A stretch of DNA of 64,000 nucleotides, taken from positions 20,767 to 84,766 of the forward strand of contig JAGBAZ010000035.1 in NCBI GenBank assembly GCA_018110905.1, given 5' to 3'. Numbering within the stretch: the stretch's first letter is position 1; every line of letters starts with the position of its first letter. The notes under the pieces were generated by a model. The model was given only the letters and a program-made list of their open reading frames with translations, did not search any database and had not been told where the DNA came from. Both the position numbers and the translations under genes were made by a program. Below are positions 45,710 through 55,519 of this stretch, piece by piece. The stretch comes from Oscillospiraceae bacterium. Lineage in GTDB: Bacteria; Bacillota; Clostridia; Oscillospirales; Ruminococcaceae.

Positions 45710-46578
45710 CCTATTTTCTCCGCACTTTTTATAATACCTTTTACAAGTTTAGACGCCAAACTTTGGGCTTTCGCACTTTTATTTGTCATCATAAAGCAAA
45801 GCATAAACATAGGCGCATTCTTGCTTTTGTTTTTTAACAATTTTGAATCCGGTGAAACAAATGGAAAAATGGTAGAAAACCTTGCTTTTATATATTCTAA
45901 TACTTTTTCATATTCAACCCTTTCATACTGAGGCTCATCAAAGAAACTCATCTGCGGAGATTCAACAAACAATTCGTCAAGCCAATTTTGATTTCCCAAA
46001 ATTGAAGATATTTTCTCCTTATTAGTGTCCGATATGTCTTTATTTTTTGCCATAAGTCTAACAACTGAAAGAGGAAACAGATACCATAAGTCAACTCTGT
46101 TGCATTTGGATATTTTTTCAAGCGTCTCCCATTTTAATTCCAATGCATATGGATCTAAAAACATCAAACATCTATCATATATCGTAGTTCGCGCCAGAAC
46201 TTTTGTCAGCTCTTCGTTACAATCCCCACTAATAAAATGAATTTTATCAATTTTTTGAGGATATGAGTTTTCTACATTTTCTTCCAATAGCTTTATTCTA
46301 TCCTCATCAAGTTCTAAAAAATAATATTCGTCGAAATCATATTTTAAAGACAACAATGCTGAACCATCTATAATGGCTGCACATTGTTCTCCACTCTTGC
46401 TTTCATGTTTTAATTCGGTTTTCCCACTTCCTGCAAAACCATCAATGTATATCTTTCTAACTTTTTGATTTTTTAAGGCTATAAGATAAGTTTTAGCATA
46501 TTCTTCAATAATATATAATTTTTGTATAGTCCATTCACCGCCAAAATGACTGCCTTTTTGTTTTGTTTGTTTTCCCAT
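45706..46578 (-). CDS. tcmP: three-Cys-motif partner protein TcmP-like (methyltransferase-fold)
   Basis: GGEWTIQKL...YIDGFAGSG (SAM-binding motif I-like) and MFLDPYA (DPPY-like motif IV, as in RlmJ-type enzymes). Family name recalled from NCBI/TIGRFAMs annotation, not verified here. Confidence 0.65.
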   Translation of the reverse strand: MGKQTKQKGSHFGGEWTIQKLYIIEEYAKTYLIALKNQKVRKIYIDGFAGSGKTELKHESKSGEQCAAIIDGSALLSLKYDFDEYYFLELDEDRIKLLEENVENSYPQKIDKIHFISGDCNEELTKVLARTTIYDRCLMFLDPYALELKWETLEKISKCNRVDLWYLFPLSVVRLMAKNKDISDTNKEKISSILGNQNWLDELFVESPQMSFFDEPQYERVEYEKVLEYIKARFSTIFPFVSPDSKLLKNKSKNAPMFMLCFMMTNKSAKAQSLASKLVKGIIKSAEKIG

Positions 46579-46635
46579 AGCTTATTCCTTTCGTTATATT
46601 TGTTTTATATGTCAAGCATTGTAGTAATCTATTTA

Positions 46636-46664
46636 TATTATATGACAACACCATCACATGGTCA
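46636..46664 (-). promoter_or_regulatory. sigma-A-like promoter of the TcmP operon
   Basis: Minus strand has TTGACC, a 17-nt spacer, then TATAAT, about 58 nt upstream of ATG 46578. Confidence 0.55.
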
Positions 46665-46693
46665 AGATAAAATTCGAACATATGTTCATCATT

Positions 46694-46722
46694 AAAGCTG
46701 GAGGCTTTTTGCCTCCAGCTTT
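46694..46722. terminator. 12-bp stem hairpin after hsdR
   Basis: aaagctggaggc-ttttt-gcctccagcttt, 11 nt downstream of the hsdR stop. Confidence 0.55.
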
Positions 46723-46732
46723 AATAGCGCAT

Positions 46733-49700
46733 TTACGCAACCTCTTTATATCGAGTATAGACATACTCATAAATCTTCTGGCGATATTCAGAGATACTTA
46801 ATTCATCATAGCATTCCGGAAGTTCGGCCCAAAGAGTATCACGAATAAGATTATCGACAGCTGCCTTCGTTTCCTGTTTATCAGTCCAGTGATCCAATTC
46901 GGAAATTTTATCCTTTATTTTTTGGAGCAACGTAGAAGCAACCATTTTTATTTTTTTGATATCATTTTTCCCTAAATCTTCACGGAACAGCATATCGTAG
47001 AATGAAAGCTCTTCATCGCTTGCAAAGCCTTCACGGACATAACGCTGTTCTTCCTGAGTCATCTGGTTGGCCAAATCCATCAAATCCATAAAAGTTTTTT
47101 CTATGGTTGCTCTGTTTTGTTCACTATTATAGTCGTCTATAATCTGTTGATAACGTTCATAATAGTTAACTCGTTCAGAATTTGCAAACAGCATCATATC
47201 AAGTTTTTGTTTGATAATCTCTTCAAGATCTCTCAGTACAAGATTCTTTTTATTTAATCTCGCAAACTCTCTGCGAAGCAAATCAAAGTCTATAGCACTT
47301 ATATCAAATCTTTTGGATTCTTCGTTTTTTTCTGCTTCGTCATGCTGAATTTCCACATAAGAGCTTATAATTTCATTGATTTGTACCATTAAATCTGTTG
47401 TATCTACATGTCTGCGTTTTTTCTGAAGTTCAGAATAAATTGCTGCGATTGCTTCGTATTCTTTACGAGCATCTGCCGTAATGTCGTTGCGGTCAATATA
47501 TTTCATGAGACGATTAAGTTCAGAAGCATATGTTGTAAAGGTTTTCTTTTCCTCAAGTGTTTCACAAGCCGCATTGGCACCTTCCTGAAGACAAGCAATC
47601 TTTGCAAAATCGTGTGCCTCAATAAGCTTCTGCAAATCAAATCCTTTGTTTTCTAAGAAGGCTTTTGCTTTACCGGTAGTTTCTATAATTCTTTCTATAA
47701 GTTCTTCTTTATCAACAGTCGGATCATTTCCGCCGCTTCCACCAATATTTGCAGTATAGTCTGCCAAAGCTTTTCGGAGAGCTTTTACAATACCGATATA
47801 GTCAATAATCAAACCGTTGCTTTTACCTGCACTGACACGGTTAGCACGAGCAATAGTTTGCATAAGAGTGTGTGCTTTAAGCGGTTTATCGAGATACAAA
47901 CAGGACAAACATTTAACATCAAATCCGGTAAGCCACATCGCACAAACAAAAACGACTCGAAGAGGATTTTGAGAATCTTTGAATTCCTTATCCAGCTCGC
48001 GTTTTTCCATCTTGGTGCGGTGATACTTTATATCCAGATCCCATTTTTTAAAAGTTTGTATTTCATTCTGTTCCTGGCTGATAACAACAGCCATTTCCGT
48101 ATCCTGCATCCATTTGAGTTTTCGTCCAAATTCCTGTGCTTCCTGCTGAGTTGCGTGTTTGATTCTTTCTTTCAGTTTTTCGATTTCTTCTGCCCAATAT
48201 TCCTGAACATAGTTATACATACGGACACAGGTTACTTTGTTAAGGCAAACGAACATAGCTTTACCGCTTGTCCACAAATCCGAATAATGGTTTACAAAAT
48301 CGTGGGCTATGGATTTAAGCCTTTGCTCCGCTGTAAGTAAATGTATTTCTTTAGCAAATTCTGCTTCAAGTTTATCCTGCTGGTCAACGTCAAGATCGGC
48401 GTTTTCAATAGCATCGAGAATCTGTTCTGTAATTTCCGGGTTATGTAAATCGACGATTTTTTCGCCGCGGTTTTCATAATAAAGCGGAACTGTCGCACCG
48501 TCTTCCACTGCACGTTTAAAGTCATAAACAGAAACATATCCGCCGAAAGTACGCGCAGTTATATTGTCACTCGACAACAGTGGTGTTCCGGTAAATCCGA
48601 TTCGTGCCGCAGTGGGCAGCAATTTCATCATATTATCCGCAAAGATTCCGTACTGACTGCGGTGCGCTTCATCGGACATAATGATTACGTCGTGGTCAGG
48701 ATAAATCGGTTCTACATCAGATTTATTGAATTTTTGTATAAGCGTGAAAATGAAACTCGGGTTACCTTTGAGTTTTTGAATAAGGTCGTCCCCGCTCGTG
48801 GCAATGAACTGAGATGCTTTATTTTTGCCAAGTAAACCACAGTTTTCAAAAGTATCGCTGATCTGCGAATTAAGCTCGTCACGGTCAGTTAGAATTACAA
48901 AAGTAGGTGAACCTTCAAATTTTCTGCGCACTTTCTGTGCAAGAAATACCATGGAATAGCTCTTGCCGGAGCCCTGTGTATGCCAGAAAACGCCGAGTTT
49001 TCCGTCATTAAGTTTTCTTGCGGCGTAAGCTTTCATTGCTTCGTTTACGCCAAGATACTGGTGATTACGGGCAAGAATTTTTGCTGTATGGCCACCGGAA
49101 TGGTCGTACAGAATAAAGTTTTCGAACAAATCGAGAAAGTTTTCTTTCTTGCAGATACCACGGAGCATTGTTTCGAGCGCAACGCTGCCCTGATCATCTT
49201 CCGCAAGGCGTTTCCATTCATGGAAAAATTCAAACTTACTGCCGAGAGTGCCGACCTTAGCTTCCGTACCGTTGGAAAGCATGAGGAATGCATTGTAATA
49301 GAACAGATGGGGAATGGTATCCTGATAATCTGTATAGTTATCGTCATATGCATTTCGTACATCAACAGAGGTCTTTTTAAGTTCCACAAACAAGAGCGGG
49401 ATTCCGTTTACAAAGCCGACAATATCTGTTCTGCGACGATATAAATCTCCGTGGATTTTCAGTTCCTTGATTGCAAGAAAATAGTTATTCACGGGATTCT
49501 GAAAATCAATGACGGCCGCTTTCTTAGTTTCCGTTTTGCCGCCGGGTTTCTTTACAGTAACAGGAATACCGTCGCGGATGAGAAAATATTTTTCTTCATT
49601 TACCTGCAAAAGGGAGGAGGTGGAAAGTCTGTTTTCAAGAAGTTTTTCCGCTTCCGAAATCTGAGCATCGTTTATCCAGGGATTCAGCTTTTTAAGAGCT

Positions 49701-49873
49701 TCGTGGAAATAGCGGTGGAGCAGAATTTCCTTATAGCTTTCTCTTCCGAATGTGCCGTCTTTGCCCAGAATTTCTGTATTATAAGCAAACCGGACATCCC
49801 AGCCCAGTTCATCTTTGAGCAGATTACCGGCACTTTCCTGAACAAGTATGTTTTCGGAATAATCATAGCTCAT
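46733..49873 (-). CDS. hsdR: type I restriction enzyme R subunit
   Basis: 1046 aa. Helicase motif I HTQGSGKS, DEAH box MSDEAHRSQ, motif VI QTIARANR, and N-terminal nuclease region. Confidence 0.92.
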   Translation of the reverse strand: MSYDYSENILVQESAGNLLKDELGWDVRFAYNTEILGKDGTFGRESYKEILLHRYFHEALKKLNPWINDAQISEAEKLLENRLSTSSLLQVNEEKYFLIRDGIPVTVKKPGGKTETKKAAVIDFQNPVNNYFLAIKELKIHGDLYRRRTDIVGFVNGIPLLFVELKKTSVDVRNAYDDNYTDYQDTIPHLFYYNAFLMLSNGTEAKVGTLGSKFEFFHEWKRLAEDDQGSVALETMLRGICKKENFLDLFENFILYDHSGGHTAKILARNHQYLGVNEAMKAYAARKLNDGKLGVFWHTQGSGKSYSMVFLAQKVRRKFEGSPTFVILTDRDELNSQISDTFENCGLLGKNKASQFIATSGDDLIQKLKGNPSFIFTLIQKFNKSDVEPIYPDHDVIIMSDEAHRSQYGIFADNMMKLLPTAARIGFTGTPLLSSDNITARTFGGYVSVYDFKRAVEDGATVPLYYENRGEKIVDLHNPEITEQILDAIENADLDVDQQDKLEAEFAKEIHLLTAEQRLKSIAHDFVNHYSDLWTSGKAMFVCLNKVTCVRMYNYVQEYWAEEIEKLKERIKHATQQEAQEFGRKLKWMQDTEMAVVISQEQNEIQTFKKWDLDIKYHRTKMEKRELDKEFKDSQNPLRVVFVCAMWLTGFDVKCLSCLYLDKPLKAHTLMQTIARANRVSAGKSNGLIIDYIGIVKALRKALADYTANIGGSGGNDPTVDKEELIERIIETTGKAKAFLENKGFDLQKLIEAHDFAKIACLQEGANAACETLEEKKTFTTYASELNRLMKYIDRNDITADARKEYEAIAAIYSELQKKRRHVDTTDLMVQINEIISSYVEIQHDEAEKNEESKRFDISAIDFDLLRREFARLNKKNLVLRDLEEIIKQKLDMMLFANSERVNYYERYQQIIDDYNSEQNRATIEKTFMDLMDLANQMTQEEQRYVREGFASDEELSFYDMLFREDLGKNDIKKIKMVASTLLQKIKDKISELDHWTDKQETKAAVDNLIRDTLWAELPECYDELSISEYRQKIYEYVYTRYKEVA

Positions 49874-49886
49874 GTTGTCATCCCTT

Positions 49887-51245
49887 TCATTTTATTATTT
49901 GCAAAACTTCAATGAATTTTTTCAATTCTTCAGCATTTTTCTTGTATGGCTCATACACTCCGCCCCATGTGTACTTAAAACGAATCAATCCGCCTTTATT
50001 ATTATGAACATTATACCATGTAAATAAAATCGCTGACGGAAGACTTAATGTTTCTGGGAAAGTATAAACTGTGGAGTCGTTTGCATAAGAACTACGATTT
50101 ATATCAAATTTTATTTGATTAAACCTTTTACTAAAAAATTCAACAAATGGTGGTTTTGCAGCGTTTGAATATTGTACAAATATACTATCAAAAGAATTTA
50201 CATTTATTTTATTAGTACCTACAAATGCTCTATACCCATACTTATAATACATTACTATAGCCAATAATTCCACGCACATAAAAGAATAGTCTTTTTTATC
50301 CGTATATAAAAGTTTATGTATAAGCATCGCTCTATGCATCAGTTCTTCCTGTGTTCTTGGTTCTATATCTTTAAATATTATTTGTAAATACTCTTCTATA
50401 GGTTCATCAAAAAAAACAATATCTTTGTCGAACAGTTCTACGTAGTCCGCATACTTCTCTGTTATTTTTTCTGATACCTCACCTTTATCAAGTTTGATTT
50501 CAAAATTGATAAACTTTTCAAGATATTTATTCCCTTCAGCAAAACCAAAAAGATGTTTGACACTACACTCAAGCTGCTTTTTATCTGTCGCAATAATTGT
50601 TATTATATTGCTTTTTTCTTCTGTAAGATGGTGGAGGCGTTCAAGCACTTTAATAGCATATTCGGGTATGCACCTATCAAGCTCATCTACGATAATTACA
50701 ACTGTGTGTTCATCTGCAATTTCTTGAAGAAGATTAGAAAGTTTCTCTATAACCTTGTTAAGCCCAAGATATGTATCATACGCATGGTCTTTTTCGTATT
50801 TTTCGGCTCCTTCTTTTTCACCTTTAATTACGGTTTCAACTGCGCTTTTAATATCAATACCCGTTTCAGCTTTAATTGCAGTATTAGCCAATGACAGCAA
50901 CGAAACTCCTGCCGCTTTAAGCATACCGATTATTTCCTGCTTTTCTTTCTCATCAGAAAATAGAGCTGTTTTTTTCTCAATCTCTGCAATTATTGTTGAC
51001 ACTATGGCTATGAGCGGTTCTTCATAATAATCGTGTTTCCAACTGTTATATCTAACAACAAAATATTTTTCAGAATAAAGGCTATTCAGTTGTTCTTCAA
51101 TCATATCAAGAACAAAGCTTTTACCTGTACCCCATTCACCATCTATTGCAAAACAAGTTGAAACTTTATTGTCAGATATATTCTCAAGCAAATTTATAAC
51201 CTGTTCAACAAATGCTCCGCGATTTAATATATCCAGCTTGTCCAT
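49887..51245 (-). CDS. KAP-family P-loop NTPase embedded between hsdS and hsdR
   Basis: KAP-type Walker A DGEWGTGKSF and Walker B VVIIVDELDRC. Start at ATG 51245 with a GAGGTG RBS inside the hsdS 3' end. 13 nt upstream of hsdR. Confidence 0.82.
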   Translation of the reverse strand: MDKLDILNRGAFVEQVINLLENISDNKVSTCFAIDGEWGTGKSFVLDMIEEQLNSLYSEKYFVVRYNSWKHDYYEEPLIAIVSTIIAEIEKKTALFSDEKEKQEIIGMLKAAGVSLLSLANTAIKAETGIDIKSAVETVIKGEKEGAEKYEKDHAYDTYLGLNKVIEKLSNLLQEIADEHTVVIIVDELDRCIPEYAIKVLERLHHLTEEKSNIITIIATDKKQLECSVKHLFGFAEGNKYLEKFINFEIKLDKGEVSEKITEKYADYVELFDKDIVFFDEPIEEYLQIIFKDIEPRTQEELMHRAMLIHKLLYTDKKDYSFMCVELLAIVMYYKYGYRAFVGTNKINVNSFDSIFVQYSNAAKPPFVEFFSKRFNQIKFDINRSSYANDSTVYTFPETLSLPSAILFTWYNVHNNKGGLIRFKYTWGGVYEPYKKNAEELKKFIEVLQIIK

Positions 51246-51249
51246 AAAC

Positions 51250-52452
51250 TTACACCTCAATTTCCCCGCTCATCAGTTTTGGCAACAAACGATCACGAGC
51301 CTGCTGAAGTAAAATAATTTGCTTTGCCAATCCGTTTATTTTTTCTATAATTGGTTTAATCTGCTGTCCAAAATCCTCTGCTTTATCCTTGTTTGGAATA
51401 AGGATTGGCATGTTTTTAAAGTCTTTCCAACGCACATATGGCATCGTTGTGCCAACCGAGATTTGCGTTGCGTAATCAACTGTATCGGTAGAAAACAGCA
51501 GCATAACAACATAAGCCCAATATTCACTTTCTTTGGCATTAAGCACAAAGCATGTTGTTCTCGTAATACCGCTATCCCGTGCAACCGCTACTTTGTGGAA
51601 ATACGGACGCATTGCACCAAATATGATGTCTTTACCGGCAAAAGCAACTAATGAACTTTCTGCTAATGCCACACTATTAGTATCAACATACCCCAATGAC
51701 TTTTTGGGAATACAATCTATCGGTAAATAGTAAGTGTAGTTCCCTCGTTTTTCTTTAGATATCTTTTTTCCGGTTTCTGCTACAACATCACCAAGCGCTC
51801 CAGGTTTCCACCCTTCCGGCACGCCATCTACTATTGCCACATTTTCATGCCCCGGGAAACGCAAATCCACAAACCATTCCTTATAAAGGCGTTGTGCAGC
51901 TTCTTCAAGAAGTTTGATTTGCTTCTGGTTGTTTTCTATAAGAGAATCATAATTAGATAAAATATTCGATACTTTTTCTTGTGTTTTTCTGTCTGGGAAA
52001 TTAATTTCTAATTCCCCTATTTGTCTTAAATTGATATTAGGTTGTGCCGATTGACTTTGTACCGTATTTACTTTTTTTATTAATTCCGGGAGGTTCAAAT
52101 AATAATACACAAACTCATTAGAACATTTTTCATTATCGACTCTTATAAGTGCCGTTGCTTGATTTGTGTTTGCAGGAACATCTTCGGAACGAACCATTGC
52201 TGTTTTTCCCAAATATGCTCCTGCCATTGAAAATAAAATATCCCCTTCAATCAGTTTTGAGCGTTTTAATTTTTCATTTGTTTCTGGAGAAATATACAAA
52301 AACTCTCCAGTAACATATTTAGATGCAGTTAGCATTTCTGAACGAATGTATTTAACGCCAGATTCAGTAAAAGTTTCTCCGATATTCGATGGGGTTGTCC
52401 CTTTTGTTATTACAGTACATACGTCTGCCAACTTTACTATTTCCCAGCTCAT
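51250..52452 (-). CDS. hsdS: type I restriction-modification system specificity subunit
   Basis: Two target-recognition domains separated by conserved helical spacers (QKQIKLLEEAAQRLYKEWF and AKQIILLQQARDRLLPKLM). ATGA overlap with hsdM. Confidence 0.9.
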   Translation of the reverse strand: MSWEIVKLADVCTVITKGTTPSNIGETFTESGVKYIRSEMLTASKYVTGEFLYISPETNEKLKRSKLIEGDILFSMAGAYLGKTAMVRSEDVPANTNQATALIRVDNEKCSNEFVYYYLNLPELIKKVNTVQSQSAQPNINLRQIGELEINFPDRKTQEKVSNILSNYDSLIENNQKQIKLLEEAAQRLYKEWFVDLRFPGHENVAIVDGVPEGWKPGALGDVVAETGKKISKEKRGNYTYYLPIDCIPKKSLGYVDTNSVALAESSLVAFAGKDIIFGAMRPYFHKVAVARDSGITRTTCFVLNAKESEYWAYVVMLLFSTDTVDYATQISVGTTMPYVRWKDFKNMPILIPNKDKAEDFGQQIKPIIEKINGLAKQIILLQQARDRLLPKLMSGEIEV

Positions 52453-54470
52453 AATCCCATCTCCTTTATATTTTTAGAGATAGTTTCCATCAAATCGTTG
52501 GATTCTACCTGCAAGGATAAAAGTTCACGGTGGATTTCTGCCATACGTTCTTCAAAATCAACGCCATCATTTTTAATTTCTTCGACTCCTACATAAGCTC
52601 CCGGAGTAAGTGAATAACCTTTTTCACAGATTTCAGAGCGGGAAGCGCATTTGCACAATCCGAGAATATCTCTGTATTCTCCTTCCCCGAATTTATCCAT
52701 AAGCCAGCGGGCTTCTTTTATAACCTCTCGCAATTCAGCAAGCCGTTTAAAATTACTTTCAACATATTCCTCAAGTTCTTTTCTGTGGCGTTTCCATTTG
52801 CCTTTTCCAAGTTCTTTTGCCCAACCTGCCCATTGACTTTCGGGTTTGTTTTTGAACTGATCTTCTGTGCTTTTTATGAAGTTTGCAACCATTGCCTTCT
52901 GCAATTCCATAAATCCATTAATCTCAGAATCGCAAGACATACAATCCCAAATATTATCAAGTTTTCTTCTATCAAAATCGCTTCCGTTAACAAAAGTTCT
53001 AAGCGGAGAATAGAATTCCGGATCCATTCTTCTCGCAAGCATTTTTGCTTCGAACTCAAGTTCCCGCAATTCGCTTTTTATAGCTTTGCAATATTCATTT
53101 TTCAAATTTTCAAATTTCTCAGTTTCTCCGCGATAAAGCCAGACGATTGCATTAAGGTTTTTAAGCTGCCATTCTGTCCACTCGTTAAGGGTGCGGTCAA
53201 CCACGGTATAATAATTTCTTGCGTCGATGAACAGAACCTTGTCCTTGATTTCTTCATTTTTTGCTTTATCGAAGAACCAAAGAGAGCAGGGCAGAGATTT
53301 TGTATAGAAAAAGTTATTTCCTACACTGATCATTACATCAACATCGCCGGTTTCAACCAATTTCTGACGGATGTCTTTATCTTTTCCCTGGCTGTCTGTT
53401 GCAGAAGATGCCATAACAAAACCTGCACGGCCGTGTTCATTAAGGTAGCTGTAGAAATAGGAAATCCAAAGATAGTTTCCGTTGCCCACTTCTTTGTTTT
53501 TGTTGATTCCGGGCATGCCGAAAGGAAGGCGTCCTGCGTTTTCGCAGGATTCCGCTTTTACTTTATCCACATTGAAAGGCGGGTTTGCCATAACATAGTC
53601 ACAGCAACCATTGAGGTTGTGAGCATCGTGATAAAAGCTGTTTGCTTCATCGCCGGATTTGATAACACCGGTAAGTCCGTGAACAGCTATGTTCATAAGG
53701 CAAAGCTGAGCATTATACTCAACCTTTTCCTGACCATAGAAGGTCATAGTGTCATTGGCGTTCATACCGGAACGGTTTACAAAATCTCCGGATTGGATAA
53801 ACATACCGCCGGAACCGCAAGCCGGATCCAGCAAGATTCCGCCTTTGGGTTCAATGATGTTTACAATCATTTTTACAAGGGATTTCGGGGTGAAGAAAAC
53901 GCCATCATCGGATGCAATGTTTTTAGCGAATTTATTGAGGAAATATTCGTAAATTCGGCCGATAATATCTCCGCCAACTTCATCAAAAGCACTGTTGTTG
54001 AAAATGCGGAGAAGCTCGGAAAGAAGTTCATCGGAAAAATCAGTATAGCTTTTAGGGAGTACACCGATGAGCTGTTCGCTCTGGTCTTCAATAAGCTGCA
54101 TTGCGTTGTTTACAACTTCTCCAAGGCTGTTCATGGTGTGGCCGTCTTTATTGGTCAATCCTGCAGATGCAATATCATCCGGAAGATTGAGCAAATAATC
54201 ATACTGTGCTTCTTTCGGCAAAAAGAGCGCACTTTTAGCAGCAAAGTCGCTTGCTTCAACAGGCATTACTCTTCCGCCGCGAGCGGGACGATTTTTTTGA
54301 ATTTCTGCTTCCACCATTTTAAATCTGCTGTAAGCGTAACGCAGGAAAATAAGGCCGAGCACCGGCATACAATACTGGTTCGATGTAAGTTTTGAACCTG
54401 CACGGAGCAGGTCAGCAGATTCCCATAATTCTGCTTCCAATTTACGAATGTTGATCATGATTTTTTCCAA
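52449..54470 (-). CDS. hsdM: type I restriction-modification system methyltransferase subunit (long form)
   Basis: N-terminal HsdM domain (LWESADLLRAG), motif I DPACGSGGMF, motif IV NPPF. About 150 extra residues lie before the conserved C-terminal GYSLTPGAYVGV tail. Confidence 0.9.
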   Translation of the reverse strand: MEKIMINIRKLEAELWESADLLRAGSKLTSNQYCMPVLGLIFLRYAYSRFKMVEAEIQKNRPARGGRVMPVEASDFAAKSALFLPKEAQYDYLLNLPDDIASAGLTNKDGHTMNSLGEVVNNAMQLIEDQSEQLIGVLPKSYTDFSDELLSELLRIFNNSAFDEVGGDIIGRIYEYFLNKFAKNIASDDGVFFTPKSLVKMIVNIIEPKGGILLDPACGSGGMFIQSGDFVNRSGMNANDTMTFYGQEKVEYNAQLCLMNIAVHGLTGVIKSGDEANSFYHDAHNLNGCCDYVMANPPFNVDKVKAESCENAGRLPFGMPGINKNKEVGNGNYLWISYFYSYLNEHGRAGFVMASSATDSQGKDKDIRQKLVETGDVDVMISVGNNFFYTKSLPCSLWFFDKAKNEEIKDKVLFIDARNYYTVVDRTLNEWTEWQLKNLNAIVWLYRGETEKFENLKNEYCKAIKSELRELEFEAKMLARRMDPEFYSPLRTFVNGSDFDRRKLDNIWDCMSCDSEINGFMELQKAMVANFIKSTEDQFKNKPESQWAGWAKELGKGKWKRHRKELEEYVESNFKRLAELREVIKEARWLMDKFGEGEYRDILGLCKCASRSEICEKGYSLTPGAYVGVEEIKNDGVDFEERMAEIHRELLSLQVESNDLMETISKNIKEMGL

Positions 54471-54558
54471 CCTTTAAATAATTATAAATATCCATTTTCA
54501 TTATATAGCGGATACAGTTTCAAATCAATTATTTCCCATATAATTTGTATTTTTATGC

Positions 54559-55500
54559 TTAAAATATATCCACATGTCCTTTAACCATTTCCCGGAAATT
54601 GCCAACTTCTGTTTTATAATTGCACCGAATAAGTTCACTGGAAATTATTTCATACACTTTTCTATTTCTGTTATTATCAGAAAACGCTTCAATAACAGAA
54701 ATACCGTTTTTGGTAAGCCTTGTTTTTATTCTGTACATTATTCCGCTAACATAAAGCTGAAGAGGCAGCAGAGTATGTTCCAAATAATCTTTTTCTATTT
54801 TTCTCAGTTTAGAGTAATACGCAAATCTTAAAGCATCATCGGATGCAGTAGTACGTTTTTCAACTTTAAAAACGCTATCAGGATATAGACCACGCATTTC
54901 AACTTTGCAAATTCCAAATCTGTTTCTTCTTTCCCAAATGTCAGTCTCCGCAAGTTCTTTCATGTTTTGCGCAAGTTCTTTTGAGATTTTCAGTTTATAA
55001 ACATGTCCATTATCCTCGTGCAAAGTTACGATATTTTCGCCTACTTCTTTAGCCCTGAGATTTTTTAATACACTTAAATCATCGTTATAAACTCCCTCAT
55101 AAATACACTGGAAAAGTGTACGATAATATAAGGAATTAAACTCTTCATAAACATCAATATCATGTAAAATTTGTTTGTACATTTCGTACCCTACAAACTT
55201 CTTTTTACATATTGGTTTAACTTTTTTCCAAATGGCTTTTTTATCAATTCCTTTTACAGCCTCCAAAAAAGTATTGTCCGCAAGACCTTTTTCATTTAAC
55301 CATTTTGCATAAAGGTTTAAAACATAGCAATGCGTAACTATTGTTTTCGGGCTATTAGGTTTTAAGTCAAGTATATATTTTTCAAGGTCCTCAGTGCTAT
55401 ATTTTTCTATATTGTCATCAAAATTTTTAAGAACATGTTTTACAACTTTTGCAGTGTTTGGGATTTCTATAGAATCAATAAAATCTTTTGTTTTGCTCAC
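54559..55500 (-). CDS. hypothetical protein with tyrosine-recombinase-like layout but no clear catalytic residues
   Basis: N-terminal SAM-like segment (SPKTIVTHCYVLNLYAKWLNEKGL). A later LFQCIYEGVYNDDLSVLKNL and DDALRFAY resemble degenerate integrase boxes. R/H/Y catalytic positions could not be assigned. Confidence 0.35.
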   Translation of the reverse strand: MSKTKDFIDSIEIPNTAKVVKHVLKNFDDNIEKYSTEDLEKYILDLKPNSPKTIVTHCYVLNLYAKWLNEKGLADNTFLEAVKGIDKKAIWKKVKPICKKKFVGYEMYKQILHDIDVYEEFNSLYYRTLFQCIYEGVYNDDLSVLKNLRAKEVGENIVTLHEDNGHVYKLKISKELAQNMKELAETDIWERRNRFGICKVEMRGLYPDSVFKVEKRTTASDDALRFAYYSKLRKIEKDYLEHTLLPLQLYVSGIMYRIKTRLTKNGISVIEAFSDNNRNRKVYEIISSELIRCNYKTEVGNFREMVKGHVDIF

Positions 55501-55519
55501 TTTTATCCCTTCTCAATAA

